Positions 28,501 through 40,281 of a stretch of DNA of 64,000 nt are shown here, one piece after another. Positions within the stretch are counted from its first letter, which is position 1; the number at the start of each line of letters is the position of its first letter. The stretch covers positions 26,533,648-26,597,647 of the forward strand of contig NC_092673.1 in assembly GCF_964355755.1 (NCBI RefSeq), in the 5' to 3' direction. Under the pieces are notes generated by a model. The model was given only the letters and a program-made list of their open reading frames with translations, did no database searches and had not been told where the DNA came from. The position numbers and the translations under genes are program-made. This DNA comes from Antedon mediterranea (taxonomy: Eukaryota; Animalia; Echinodermata).

Positions 28501-31500
28501 TTTCTTCCTGTTATCGATGAATGTATAATTAAATGAATTATTCACTGTTCGATGGTAAAACAACATATAAACTTAATTAATAATTAAAATACATAAATTA
28601 GAATTTGTAATATATTTTATAAATAATAAATAATTGTCGGTGTAAAGTACAAAACATCTTCTTGTTGTATTTTTAATTAATTGCTCATTTACGGGGCGCC
28701 GTCCGACACACAACCTATTCTTTACTATAGTTTGTAGGACAGAATAGATAGTGTGTCGGATGGCGCCCCGTACTGGATTATAGATTTTTTCTAAGAAACT
28801 GTCATCATATCTAGACTGATCATGTTTTGGTTTTAGACCCCCTGATTGATGTTTGAATGGCAATTAATAAGTATATAATTTTTTTATGATGTTATAAATT
28901 CAATGATTTAATTAAACATTCAAGGAATTTTATCTTACAACTAATAATTCGTCAATAAATTTGTAATTATCCGATCAATTAATACTCCCACTGATATAAA
29001 TCAATATAAATCATACTAAAATGCACTGTTGTTGTTTTAAAAATTGTGCTCTAATGGATTCAAAACCGGAAATTAAATATTCTGATTGTAAGGAATTCTG
29101 GAACAGGGTATTAGGTCTTGAATGGTCAATGCAGGAGAGAGAAGTCTAGCAATCCGTCATATAATAGGCAGGCTGGAATAGGCATACGAATGCTCTGCTG
29201 TTGTGAAAATGCCAAAAGGCCTTCAAATCTCATACATTTTTAATCATAATGACGATCTGCAGAAACACGACACATGGGGAATTTCTCACACAGAGTTGCC
29301 TATAGGCATACAGGAGAGAATTTCCGCAACCCGTCATAGAATAAGTACCGCCGGCTTTAACATTGCCAGTTTGTGTCCTATCATATCATTCTTTAATTCC
29401 GCAACCCGTCATAGAAGAAGTATCGCCGGCTCTAACACATCGCCACCCATCACACAAGAAGTACCGCTGGCGGCTTTAACAAGTTTTTGTATCATTTTTT
29501 ACTTCGTCGCCGTATCTATCATGACCTAACAATAATTATCCACACGTTTAGCCAAGCAACCTCATTATAGTGTATATTATAAAGATATCTATTATGACCT
29601 ATTATCATCCCATTAACGAATATATCTACCTCTAATCAGTGAGATAATGAGAAACGTTTCAATGCCCGATTAAACACAGAAGAGGTGAAATCTCTGAGGG
29701 ACACGCATTTCAAATGCCGCTATTTAACAAAGCAATCGAATAATCGCGGAGTGAATAGCCGCAAGTAGAACGAATTACGAATCTCTAGGTCATAGCACTT
29801 AAGCTTTAGTTCCCACTGTACTAGCGACGCGACGCAAGGAAGTAGACGCAACGCGAGCGAGTTGACCAATCACAAGCGACCGTTCGAATAATCTATCGCT
29901 TGTAATTGGTCAAATCACAAGTGGGGTAATAAGCATTTTCCTTTACAAACGCATCATATATGTATATCATAACTGGCCCTTATGAATGACTGTATTAATC
30001 TGAAGAGGTCTTAGCCCTAACAACCACATTTTGATATCTAGGAATGTTCATTTTCAATAATAAAATAAAAGGAACTAAATAAATCCTCCAATTGTCATAA
30101 TGGTATGGTACGGTATGTATTTCACAAAGGCATGTATAGCCTCATTTCTCGTTCAATCCCTAGATGAAACTTTTCTCAAGAATAAACGGTATCTCACCAT
30201 AACGTAACACATACGGAGTCAGAGTTTAAAAACTAAGAAGGAATCATTGCGTAGGACATACATCGTCGACGAAGCCTGAAATCAACTTGAATACGGTACT
30301 ACCTCAAGTAGTGCTTTTGCTTTTGCAATTTATAAACACATATACAGTACCTTTAAATAATCGTATACGTATTTTCCTGTTCAATATACATTTCACTATA
30401 CGCATGCGTACACATATTATTTCTTTCTGTTGTTAATCGTCCGTATCACATACTGGCGAATGAATCTAACTTTATGATAGATTAATATTGATAAATAATG
30501 AGATTTTATGGTGTAGTTACACGCTACTTTTAGTAGTATGTATTAATATAGTGATGATTCTTCCTGGTGCTTTATGTCTGTGACAGATGTATCTATTAAT
30601 ACATTGATATAATGATCATATGAGAAATATTATACTTATAGTGAACGTGATTGAACGGACGTGCTTGTCGGATGCGTCGATGAAAGGCGGAGGTTAAAGT
30701 ATATTTACATTCATTTTGCAATCAAACGAAGACACTTTTATCTAGCAAAATGGTTAATGCACACAGATCTGTGCGTAGAGACAAAGTAGAGACATATTTT
30801 GGCGGCGATCGCACCCCATATGTTGAGTATGAAAGGCTGAGTGTAATTAGGAAAGTGAGGATCCGTGTCTATCTGTAGTTAATAATAGTAATAATCTTTA
30901 TTTGGAAAACTACACTTATATAATCGTGGAACTCTTTTGTAACGTAGCGTCGAATAAGAATAACTTAACTAATGAAATACAAAAATCTTAGAAAAACTCA
31001 CAAGATTAACAAATTAAACCATAAAATGAACAAATTAAACCATAAAATGAACAAATTAAACTTATAAAATTAACAAATTAAACTTATGAATGAACAAATT
31101 AAACTTATAAAATGAACAAATTAAACTAATAAAATGAACAAATTAAACTTATAAAATGAATAAATCACACTTTTATAAAATACAAAATCAATTTATTAAT
31201 GAACAAATTAAAACTTGTAAAAATTAGTAATTTAAACTATTTTAATAGTTTAAATTACTAATTTTTACAAGTTTCTTAAAAGATGTAGGTAGGTGTGGAT
31301 TAAACACAATATAGATGGAGATGTGGATGCTAAAGATGTTGGTAACATAAGAGAGATAAGAAAATTATATTGATGACGATTTAGATATGAATCGGAGTGA
31401 TGAAGTTTAATAATAAAGAAGATCAACTATTTATTTGACATTTTATTGGAAATTCACCTTGGTTGGTAAATATTGTATTGAGTTTTTTTTTCCAAACAAA

Positions 31501-34500
31501 ATTCATAACCATTTATATTTTTAAAAAGTACTATAAAAGTGTGAAAAACAGGATTACCAACAAAACAAGCAAAAGCTTTTGATCTGTGGCACCCTTAAAG
31601 ATGTATTGGCCCCCAAATACATGAAAAATGAAGATTAGTTAAATTGGACTTTGAATATGTTATTTTGTAGTTTTAATAAAGTTAATCACTTCCATAGAAA
31701 AAAAACAAAAAAAATAATGTTTTCACTTGTAAAATGACAAAATAAATGGTTAAATTTAACCAAAAATCCATTGGCTGGCAGCCAATTTGACAATTTTTTG
31801 CTTTTAATTTACATTTTTTACAGGTAAATACTTTTTTTTTCGATCCAATTCTTTTTATCAAAGTGGATAACTATTATGTTACATTAAAATGAAATATTCA
31901 AAAAAAAAAATGTTAAGAATTATTTTTTCAGGGGGACAATACATCTTTAACTTAAAATATAACTTTACAAATAATATTGAAAAATGTTTTCATGTAATAA
32001 ATTATAAATTATTCTTAAGGAAAAGTGTTTCTACAACGCATTATAAATTGTTCATTATGGTTGTAATCCTAGAAATGTGCTGAATGTACTTGAAAAACTT
32101 TATAAAGCAAAAAAGCTTTCAATTTAATATAAATAAACTAAAATGTCAAGGTTTTGTTAATGTTCTCCGTTTCACTTGAAGTATAAACAAATGCAATAAG
32201 TTTTACCCTGATGGAGAACATTGCTATCATGTAACACAATAAAGTTCGTACCATAACGTTGAACTTGCTACAATTTGTAGTACAAAGAAGATTATTTATT
32301 TGTTATACATTGAAAATTAAGGTTATGCAAGACCGCTGTGAGCGAGACATACATTTACTCTTTCTTTAAAATATTGATTTTTGACAACATGTAGGATGTA
32401 ATGTACTGTTACATTCTGTTGTTTTCTTCTGTGTAATTTGATTTAAATATCTCTAAAGGCGATCTTGTATTCACGTAATATGATTGTGAGGAAAAGCATG
32501 GTGACACGAGATTGGAATTTGGCTTAATTTGAAGAAGGGGAAGAATAAATATAACACGATTGATTGTAATGGTGTTGATAAATAGATTAGACTTGCTGTT
32601 TACATGGTTTAATGCATCACTAATGTTGTTCTCCAAATTACCTAGCGCTTTTTAATGGAATTAAGTAAAAGCTATTTCCAAGCGTTTGTAAGTAACGTTA
32701 CATAACTTGACAAAATACGCTGACAATTACTAAAAATAATTGCCTTCAGTACGCGCGCGTCAACTTTCGCGTAAATTAACATGCGCGTACATGTAACTTA
32801 TTGTGCGCGTTCAATTGCTGATCGACAATACATGTATTCTGTACGCGCGCGTAAACTTGTTAGTTACGCGTGCAATTGTTGATATAGTATGCATTCGGCA
32901 CATGCGCATCAACGTATATTTTTCTGTGGATACTTTTAATGCCTATATTATATTATAGGTATTATAAACAAGCAATATTTCTTTCTTTCTTTTAGATATC
33001 GTAAAGATTCTTCTGGAAAATAATATACAGCTTGGTGATGCTATGTTAAAGGCGGTGGATGAGCAGTTTATTGAAGGTGTCAAGTTAATATGTGAGCACA
33101 GTAAATTAAAGAACATTCCTGTAAGTAAATTTATGATTGAATTGTTCTTATTTTTACATAGACTAAATAGGCCTACAAAACTACTTTTAATAATATACAA
33201 GGGATTAGGTCTACTATTTTTAGGGCAACAATGGTACCTTAACTATTAACAAAAGAATCAAGATCAACACATATTATTATATGTACTTTGCAAGCATGTA
33301 AAATAAAAAACATTTTGTATACTAATGTCTCAAATTGTCCAATCAAATTACAATTAACATCATCCTTACCACTGTTTACGGGCACGTTTTTTTAATAACT
33401 TATGCACACATGACGTCATTGTAATCATGCAGATTATTTGTATTAAATGTATTTTTAAATTGGTATTCGTGAGGAACAACAGTTATTATACATTTTATAC
33501 TCTGTGTAAACGCGCTTTACAGATATTCACTATTTGTGTAAGAACTTCAAGTGTTTGTAAGTGTATGTGTGGACATGTTTATTTAACCGGGGTACTATGT
33601 AACGAATCATATAGAAGTAGCTTTAATATATTTAGTGTTTGTTGAAACATATTAATCATATTTGAACAATATGAAGAATACGTGATTCGGCAAATTTGTA
33701 TGATATATATGAGCGTGGTGCCGAACTTTGGAACCCATTTTGGTGATTATTCTATTACTATTACATTAGAGGCCTATCTAGTTTTAAAGAAATCAACACC
33801 TGGTTAGCGAATTGAGATATGAAACAGAGAGAGAGAGAGCAAAAAATACATTCATTTTAGAGATCCTGTCGGACAAGCCTTGGTTTAAAATATTAAACAA
33901 AACTACTTTTTAGAAAATACTTAATAATTCAATAATTGAAAACAATATAAATGACAACAGCAAGTATAACTTAAATGGAAGTAGTGACGGAAATGTTTCT
34001 TTGATGAAGAGACTCCTGGGATACATTGATGTGACTCCCAGGTCAATGAGTTCAATATAATCACACATATTTTTTAACACAGATGTTTTTCCCTAAAAGA
34101 TGAATATTTTATTATCGATCTAACCTTCACTTGATGATTTTTCGTCAAGAAGCAAAAGTAAACAATAACAAGAATACCATCCTAAACTAGACTATTAGTT
34201 TTTGCAATTCTTCGAAATTTCTTTCTTTTGAAACTCCGATTAGTACAAATTATTACACGTAACATATACGCGAAAGAGAAAAAAAAACACGTAAAATATT
34301 TTTAATAAAGATGGAGAAATTACTTTCTTGTTGTTTCAAAACTGATCCTATAAAGTAATTAAACAAATGTACGACATTACCTTTAACACCACTATTGTTT
34401 AGTAATTACAAATCGAAATTATTTCGTGTTTGAAAAGATATTAAGCTTAAACTAAGTGTAGGAAAGGCGCTTACTTGTCAGTTTATTAGTATAAAAGTAT

Positions 34501-37500
34501 GATCTAATGGAAATTCTGTGTTGTAAAAATTAATTGGACACATTAGTTACGCCTTGGAAGGTGTTTTTTCCCCAGCGGAATTTTATGAAAGACGATATGG
34601 TCAGTAGGCCTGTTAATTAATGTATTAATTATAAGCAGTTTTCACAATATCGCAGACTTTATGGAACCGTATCTTATCTTAATTAGGAATTAAAATATTA
34701 ATTAAATTTGTTTTGCGGTCAAATTGACCAGCAATCTACTACATACGTAATCGGCCGCGCCCGACCGTCACAGAGCAAAGCACTATGTAGTTTGACAACC
34801 TAAAGATATATAACTAAATGTGTAAATAAATATTATGATAACACATTCATGCGACCACTAACTAAAGAATACCATTATAATGTCCAGTCAAATTGGAGTT
34901 TTTTTTCTCCTGCTCACTTAAGCCCTGTCTACACTATAAAACTAGAAAGTGTGATGTACCCAAATATGGTAGTGATATGCCTAAATACGGTAGTAATATG
35001 ACATCATGTTCATAATGGACACATAACATTTTTTGTCGCATAACGTTTTAGTCAAGTAGAGATATTAATTCAATTCAAAATTTATTTCGATCAAAATAAA
35101 ACATTAACATAAAAATACATAAACAAAACAAATAATAACAGCAACAACAACAAAACAATTTTGTTTGTTTGTTTGTTTGTTTGTTTGTTTTTGTTGTTTG
35201 TTTGTTTGGGGGACGACATATTAAACAAGTCCGTCACTGTTATCCCAAAATACACAAGTAGGCCTATAGACAAAACAATATAGAGAATAGCATAGCGATA
35301 TAGTTTCATAGTTTTATGTAATCATGTATGATAAGGCCAACAGAGTTCCCAACGAGAATAAAAGAGTTTCTAATAAATGAAATTAAATATTTCTCATTTT
35401 TTCAGGAAGCACTGGAGTGTCATTCTGAAGATGGCGATTTTCACCCAGACATTACACCGCTGATTCTTGCGGCGCATCATAACAATTTTGATGTCATCAA
35501 ACTTTTGTTAGAATACGGCGCTAACAAAATAGACGTTAAACAGTTTGGAGAATCTGAAAACAGCCACACTTTACAGCATTCTGTCGGTATGCTGAATCAA
35601 TACAAAGCTCTGGCAGGACAGGCATACATATCACTCACTTCTGAAGATCCATTTAACACCGCTTTTGAACTTTGCGGCAAATTACGGCAGTTAAGCGTTA
35701 AGCAATACGAGTTTAGCGATCAATTTATGGGATTGGCGGATCAGTGTGAAACTTATGCGGCAGATCTTTTGAGTCAGATTCGAGACTCTGACGAACAGAT
35801 GTACATACTGAACCATGATTCGTATGGCTGGGGAACACAAAGCGAAGACCTAACTGATAGTCAACCAAATAGAGTTAAAGTTGCTATTCATTTCGAACAA
35901 AGAAAGGTTTGTTTTGCATATACGTAATATAATATATATAAATATTATCCTATTTTGAACGCAGCCTACATAAGAATAATTGACTTACTTACTATACTTC
36001 TAGATTATAAATTATCCTCTTTCAATCCAGGGAAGAGCTTTCATGTTCAAGCGCAGGACAGTAGATGACCTGTGGCAGGTGCATTTACAATACAATCAAA
36101 CATCCTTTCACGCAATAAGCTATTGCTGAATATTATAATGTATACCAATGTCAGAATGTATCAGAGAAAGTGTTCAACTTCTTTATAATGATTGTCTCCA
36201 AATTCATTGTTTCCATAATAATCGACCATGCATGATATATAATTATGTTTTTGCAGTTTGTTGCCCACCCTCATTGCCAGCAACGTCTGATAGAGATGTG
36301 GTTCCACGGACTCAAAGGCTGGAGAGATCAAAGCAGTCTTCGTTCTACACTTCTAACCATCCTTATGGCGTTGGCATTTCCATTGGTATCCATAGCCTAC
36401 ATGGTCTACCCAAAGGGAAGAATCGGGAGGATGATAAAGATTCCTTATGTTAAGTTTGTGTGTCATACGACTTCACAGTTAAGTTTCTTGCTACTACTTC
36501 TTTGGCAAACACTGACACAGAACAAACTGCCATCTGAAGATGAAGAAGAGAGACAATGGGAGAAGAAATTGCTAACCATATGCCTTACGTGTGTAGGTCT
36601 TTGGGTTGCAGGTATGTATCAATATATTATTTGGCAAATGCGTTAGCGATACCAGAAAAAGAGTAAAAGTATGACACCACGCAGATGTAAAATTCTATAA
36701 TGTATTAAAAAGACGACGGTCAAATATACGTGCTTCGCCAATTGTAAGAAAAATAAAACTATCCTATAATAACAAATATGTATAGTATTACATATTATAT
36801 TTTCTACGATAATCTTTTCAAAGTGCAGTGGACTAGATGTTACACAGCTTTTTTTTTCTATCCACAACGATAGTTCTCTTTAATTCTTGCCTTAAAGTTT
36901 CCAATAAATATCACATAATAAAAACTTAGGAGCCAAATAAGATGCATATATTTATATAATACGTATGACATTGTTTACCAGTCTATTTCTATTATTTTTT
37001 ACTTAGGTATGACATGGCAAAAGTGCAAAGAATTATGGTCAACAGGATCAAGATTTTTCAGCAATCTTTGGAACATGTTTGACTTTGTGACCTTGTCACT
37101 TTACTGGAGTGTGATCGTGCTATATGTCACTGTATATCTTCACGGAGACGTAATCTTCTACAGTGATGATGTAAGTATTCCATTTAATTCCAGATATTTA
37201 AACTTGCTTTTCACAGCAACATTTCTGTTTGTCAAATTACTTGCGGTGCGATTACGTCGTTGCGTTGCATCGAAGTAGAAACATAGCTTTGATTTTAAAT
37301 TAGCAGGCCTGTATCACGGTTAATGGGGAAATCCCGTATTTAAACCACACATCTTCATTCTTCAGGAGGTTAATTTTAGTTTTTTCCATTTTGTAGGACG
37401 ATGACGGTATTTTGAATCGAGGAAGTCGAGCTGAAACCACAACGCTCGGCACCCCTAACTCATCTAGTATTAGCCCATTTGACATGGCTACGCCAAATAT

Positions 37501-40281
37501 TGAAATGATAGCCACACAACTCGACGTTATGTTTCAACAATTGACAGACATGCAAATATATCAGGGGCACCTTGCTGAAACAATGAACCAAACAGTTGAT
37601 AGGATAAATGCTGAGTACTTAAAGCAGTTATCCGGATCTAACAACAACGTCAAAATCGGTAAAGACAGATTGAACATGGAACCGTATGATCCGCGCCTTG
37701 TGGCAGAAGCACTTTTCGCTCTGGCAAAAACGTTCAGTTTTCTGCGCATGATCTGTCTGACGGTCGTCAGTCGTTGGGTTGGACCTATGCAGATTTCCTT
37801 AGGAGGAATGATGTTTGACATTTTCAAATTTCTCTTTATTTTCTCTTTTGTTTGGTTTGCTTTCTCACTGGGAATGAATCAAATATATTGGTATTATTCA
37901 AATAATTCAACCATTCCGTTTGGAACGTAAGTATTATCTTAAACATCCAATCGTTTACTTACAAATAGTAGGCCTAAATGTTGTAGGGGATAACAACAAT
38001 AACAATGGTTAATGAAGTTTATATCAAACCTTATTGATGCTCTTTTTCTTTATATTTTTTCTATTATTCTTTCCAGGATAACTGATACAATGGCCACATT
38101 ATTTTGGGCGCTTTTTGGATTGCCCGATATCAAAGTTATTCGTCTACCAGATAATCAAGTGCATCATCCATTCACTGAGACAGTTGGCTCGCTTTTGTAC
38201 GCCACCTATCACGTGATTGCAATTGTCGTCCTGCTGAATGTACTCATTGCTATGATGAGTAACACATACACCAGAGTTGAGGTAATAACGTGCTTATGAA
38301 TTGAAATATATCTAGGATTCTTTTCCTGGTCTAATGACTGGAAAATATTTCTGCGAGGTTTTTCTTTCCTTACTTATGAAAACTAGGCTACAAAAGTTAG
38401 TCCTTGCGTCCATTTGAAAAACTAGTTTGCTAAGGTTTTTGTGAACTTAGCAAATCAATTAACAACCTCCTAATAGTAGTCACACTTCACAAACTTCTAC
38501 AAACTAGAAGATCCACTGTCTAACTTCTGAAGTTTGTTGCAGTTGGCTGAAGTTTATCAACCGGTCTCGTCTACACTTGGAAAATATGTCTTGCCAAACT
38601 AAACCGTGCTAGGTTTAACCAGTTTGCCTAAATTGTTTTCAAATTTGCCAATATTCCACCACCCTTTCATTTTCTACATCCTCAATTTAGATGGACGCCG
38701 ATATTGAATGGAAATTCTCACGATCTAAGCTTTGGATGAGTTATTTTGATGAACTTGGTACCACAGCTCCACCATTCAACATCATTCCTACTGTGAAATC
38801 TATCAAAAGAGTAGTTCGATGGTTTTGTGGAAATGTCTGCTGTCGTGATGACATGAAAAAACAATACAAGGTTTGTGTTTTTACTTTGTATAAATATATA
38901 AAATAATACATTAAAGTCTACACTATCAAACTTTATGTTTTACAACAAAAAGTGTGATGTGCTCAAGTGGTGTTATCGTGTCCATTATGGGCACATCACA
39001 TTTTTTTTGTCACACATAAAGTTTGATAGACGGTAACCAATACATTTTGTTATGATGCGTGGGAAGTACTGTTTGATGGACTGGAAACATGATTATCAAA
39101 TTTACTGAACCGATCACAATCAACTTCAAGTTAAATAATAGATTTTCGTGCGACACGCGAGAACCAGTCAGCCAGTAGGCGGCGCCTACATACGCTAAGA
39201 AATGCTTTCTCATTATGCATTTCTCGTAAACAATACCACAAAATCGATTAGAAACTAAACATTGACTTCATACGATCGAGATGTAAAAAAATACAACAAT
39301 ATTTATAGAAGAGATGACATATATATATAACAATTAGCAACATAACAAGATAACAATTTAAAGCATTTCTCCTTGCAATTTCGATCAGCTTCAATTCCTA
39401 ACTTTCTAAAATAGTATAATTATATGTTTTATCTTTACAGATGAAGTTGAAAACTATATTAGAAGAACGCCAAACAAGATTTAAGGTAGGATATGTTGTT
39501 TAAATCAATCTCCCCATCGTCGTCGTCATACCATTCATTCACTAGCCCGAATGGACTAATATGCGTTACGAGATTAATTTTTAAAATTGTCTAGACGTCG
39601 TACACGAGTACAAGTTTTCTAATGCCTGAATCGGATCGAACCAATTATTGCGAAATTGTTTAAATAAATGTTGTATAGGCCTATTTTATGAAACATATCT
39701 AATAATATTAATGTTAAACAATGATGTGTTCCTGTTACAAAATCAGGTATTTTTTCTAAGAATTGCAAGTTTCTCTTTTTCTTTAGGAAGTTTCTTTGAA
39801 TTTGGTAAAACGTTACCAGTTTGAAAAGCGGCACAACGAGGATGACGACGACGAGGCTAACATCCTAAATGAGCTAAAACAAGACATTTCGGGATTCAAA
39901 TACGACATGTTTGAAGCTCTGAACGAAATGGACAAGAAGATCAAACAGGTAGACGCAAAAGTGAACAATAAGGAGTTAGAAGATGACGACATTGGCTTAG
40001 GTGGAGAAATGTTCAAAGCTTTGAAATCGGCAGTAAAAGAAGAAGAGATGTATGATTCTATTGAATCGTTGAATTCTGGTTGTTCAAGTCGGATGTTGGA
40101 TATGAAATCTAAGCCGAGTAACCCAGATTGGTTTGTAGAAGAAGAAGATGATATTGATATGTCAACACCAAAGATTGCTATAAGAGCGAAACAGACAAAT
40201 ATCCCTCGCGAGGAGCAGCCGCAGTTTCAATATATAGATGACGAAGACGTACTTGGTTTACATCGCAACACAAGTGTTTAA
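4407..40281 (+). CDS. TRPC-family (short transient receptor potential) cation channel, spliced gene model of ~990 aa
   Basis: Join 4407-4574, 24993-25197, 32996-33120, 35406-35906, 36257-36611, 37007-37170, 37397-37926, 38077-38281, 38691-38870, 39441-39485, 39787-40281 = 2973 nt, open and phase-consistent with all GT-AG introns. Contains ankyrin repeats ([19 protein letters not shown]), [13 protein letters not shown]4-S5 [17 protein letters not shown], pore TLFWALFG, S6 [17 protein letters not shown] box [18 protein letters not shown] and coiled coil [12 protein letters not shown]. The 4407 exon link is less certain than the rest. Confidence 0.9.
5517..5745 (-). repeat. ~66-bp minisatellite, 3 copies (reverse complement of the 22547 array)
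   Basis: aaaatgacaatgatgtgggtatcagtggctggatctcaatggagatacaaataaaataagcactg. Confidence 0.85.
6816..6994. mobile_element. MITE family A (PIF/Harbinger-like)
   Basis: TTA|AGCGTGGTTCCCACTAG...CTAGTGGGAACCAAGCT|TTA; 3-bp TWA duplication; palindromic body. Confidence 0.8.
7316..10684. mobile_element. Foldback-type non-coding element with long modular inverted arms
   Basis: Termini AGGCTAGTCAATCTAGCA / TGCTAGATTGACTAGCCT. The left arm has ~346-bp tandem units (gtatgcaaatt at ~7440, 7770, 8116, 8462, 8808) and the right arm has the same units in reverse complement. No transposase ORF. Confidence 0.85.
9441..9505 (-). mobile_element. Retroposon 3' tail (L2/SINE-type) inserted in the foldback centre
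   Basis: Minus strand: agcgcttagagg..ggcgctatataaat..(tta)n; a similar tail lies at 54352-54430. Confidence 0.45.
15357..15679. mobile_element. Kolobok-like non-autonomous DNA element, copy 2
   Basis: TTGA|AGATGTATTGTCCCC...GGGGACAATATATCT|TTAA; shared internal aactattatgtgacattaaaatgg. Confidence 0.72.
17680..17895. repeat. Degenerate (TCAA/TCTT/TCAT) simple repeat
   Basis: tcaatctttcattcat runs. Confidence 0.7.
20077..20229 (+). mobile_element. Degenerate Helentron-associated (HINE/DINE-1-like) element
   Basis: ggtc-rich microsatellite, then AGCACGCGACT + hairpin GCCATgtATGGC + CTTGTT, the same 3' architecture as 43108-43928. Confidence 0.55.
22547..23341 (+). repeat. ~66-bp minisatellite, about 12 copies
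   Basis: tattttatttgtatctccattgagatccagccactgatacccacaacattgtcattttttcagtgct in tandem. Confidence 0.93.
23620..23795. repeat. 21-bp AT-rich tandem repeat
   Basis: (ttgaaattaaaataattttat)n. Confidence 0.7.
24993..25197 (+). CDS. TRPC exon 2 (ankyrin repeats)
   Basis: tttcAG|AAA acceptor; [34 protein letters not shown]; donor AG|GTAAAC, phase 1. Confidence 0.9.
25316..25432. mobile_element. MITE family A, internally deleted copy
   Basis: TAA|AGATTGGTTCAAACTTGG...CCAAGTTGGAATCAAGCG|TAA. Confidence 0.65.
27368..27525. mobile_element. MITE family A copy
   Basis: ccttggttcccactagg..ccagtcacaagcgatggattat..cgcttgtgattggtc..cctaatgggaaacca. Confidence 0.72.
29803..29925. mobile_element. MITE family A partial copy
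   Basis: agctttagttcccact..gacgcaacgc..ccaatcacaagcga..tcgcttgtaattggtc. Confidence 0.6.
31005..31274. repeat. ~22-bp AT-rich minisatellite ending in a perfect 64-bp hairpin
   Basis: (aaatgaacaaattaaacttata)n, then arms 31211-31241 / 31244-31274. Confidence 0.8.
31599..31946. mobile_element. Kolobok-like non-autonomous DNA element, copy 3
   Basis: TTAA|AGATGTATTGGCCCCC...GGGGGACAATACATCT|TTAA. Confidence 0.75.
32996..33120 (+). CDS. TRPC exon 3
   Basis: Polypyrimidine tract + TAG; (D)[32 protein letters not shown]; donor GTAAGT at 33121. Confidence 0.9.
35406..35906 (+). CDS. TRPC exon 4
   Basis: ttcAG|GAA; [36 protein letters not shown]; donor AG|GTTTGT. Confidence 0.93.
36257..36611 (+). 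CDS. TRPC exon 5 (pre-S1, S1, S2)
   Basis: gcAG|TTT; [22 protein letters not shown]; donor AG|GTATGT, phase 1. Confidence 0.93.
37007..37170 (+). CDS. TRPC exon 6 (S2-S3)
   Basis: ttAG|GT; [20 protein letters not shown]; donor GTAAGT at 37171. Confidence 0.92.
37397..37926 (+). CDS. TRPC exon 7 (S3-S4 loop, S4, S5)
   Basis: gtAG|GAC; [32 protein letters not shown]; donor AC|GTAAGT, phase 2. Confidence 0.93.
38077..38281 (+). CDS. TRPC exon 8 (pore, S6)
   Basis: ccAG|G; [23 protein letters not shown]; donor AG|GTAATA. Confidence 0.94.
38691..38870 (+). CDS. TRPC exon 9 (TRP box)
   Basis: ttAG|ATG; [26 protein letters not shown]; donor AG|GTTTGT. Confidence 0.94.
39441..39485 (+). CDS. TRPC exon 10 (45-nt small exon, missed by the ORF track)
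   Basis: tttacAG|ATG AAG..TTT AAG|GTAGGA; [15 protein letters not shown]; phase 0/0. Confidence 0.75.
39787..40281 (+). CDS. TRPC last exon (rib helix/coiled coil, C-terminal tail)
   Basis: ttAG|GAA; [22 protein letters not shown]; stop TAA ends at 40281; AATAAA at 40441 and 40686. Confidence 0.9.
   Translation, partial: EVSLNLVKRYQFEKRHNEDDDDEANILNELKQDISGFKYDMFEALNEMDKKIKQVDAKVNNKELEDDDIGLGGEMFKALKSAVKEEEMYDSIESLNSGCSSRMLDMKSKPSNPDWFVEEEDDIDMSTPKIAIRAKQTNIPREEQPQFQYIDDEDVLGLHRNTSV

Noticed and set aside
32745-32880. CG-rich acgcgcgcgt cluster as a promoter or CpG island
   Set aside because: Short, internally duplicated and intronic; more likely a decayed repeat, with no other support.
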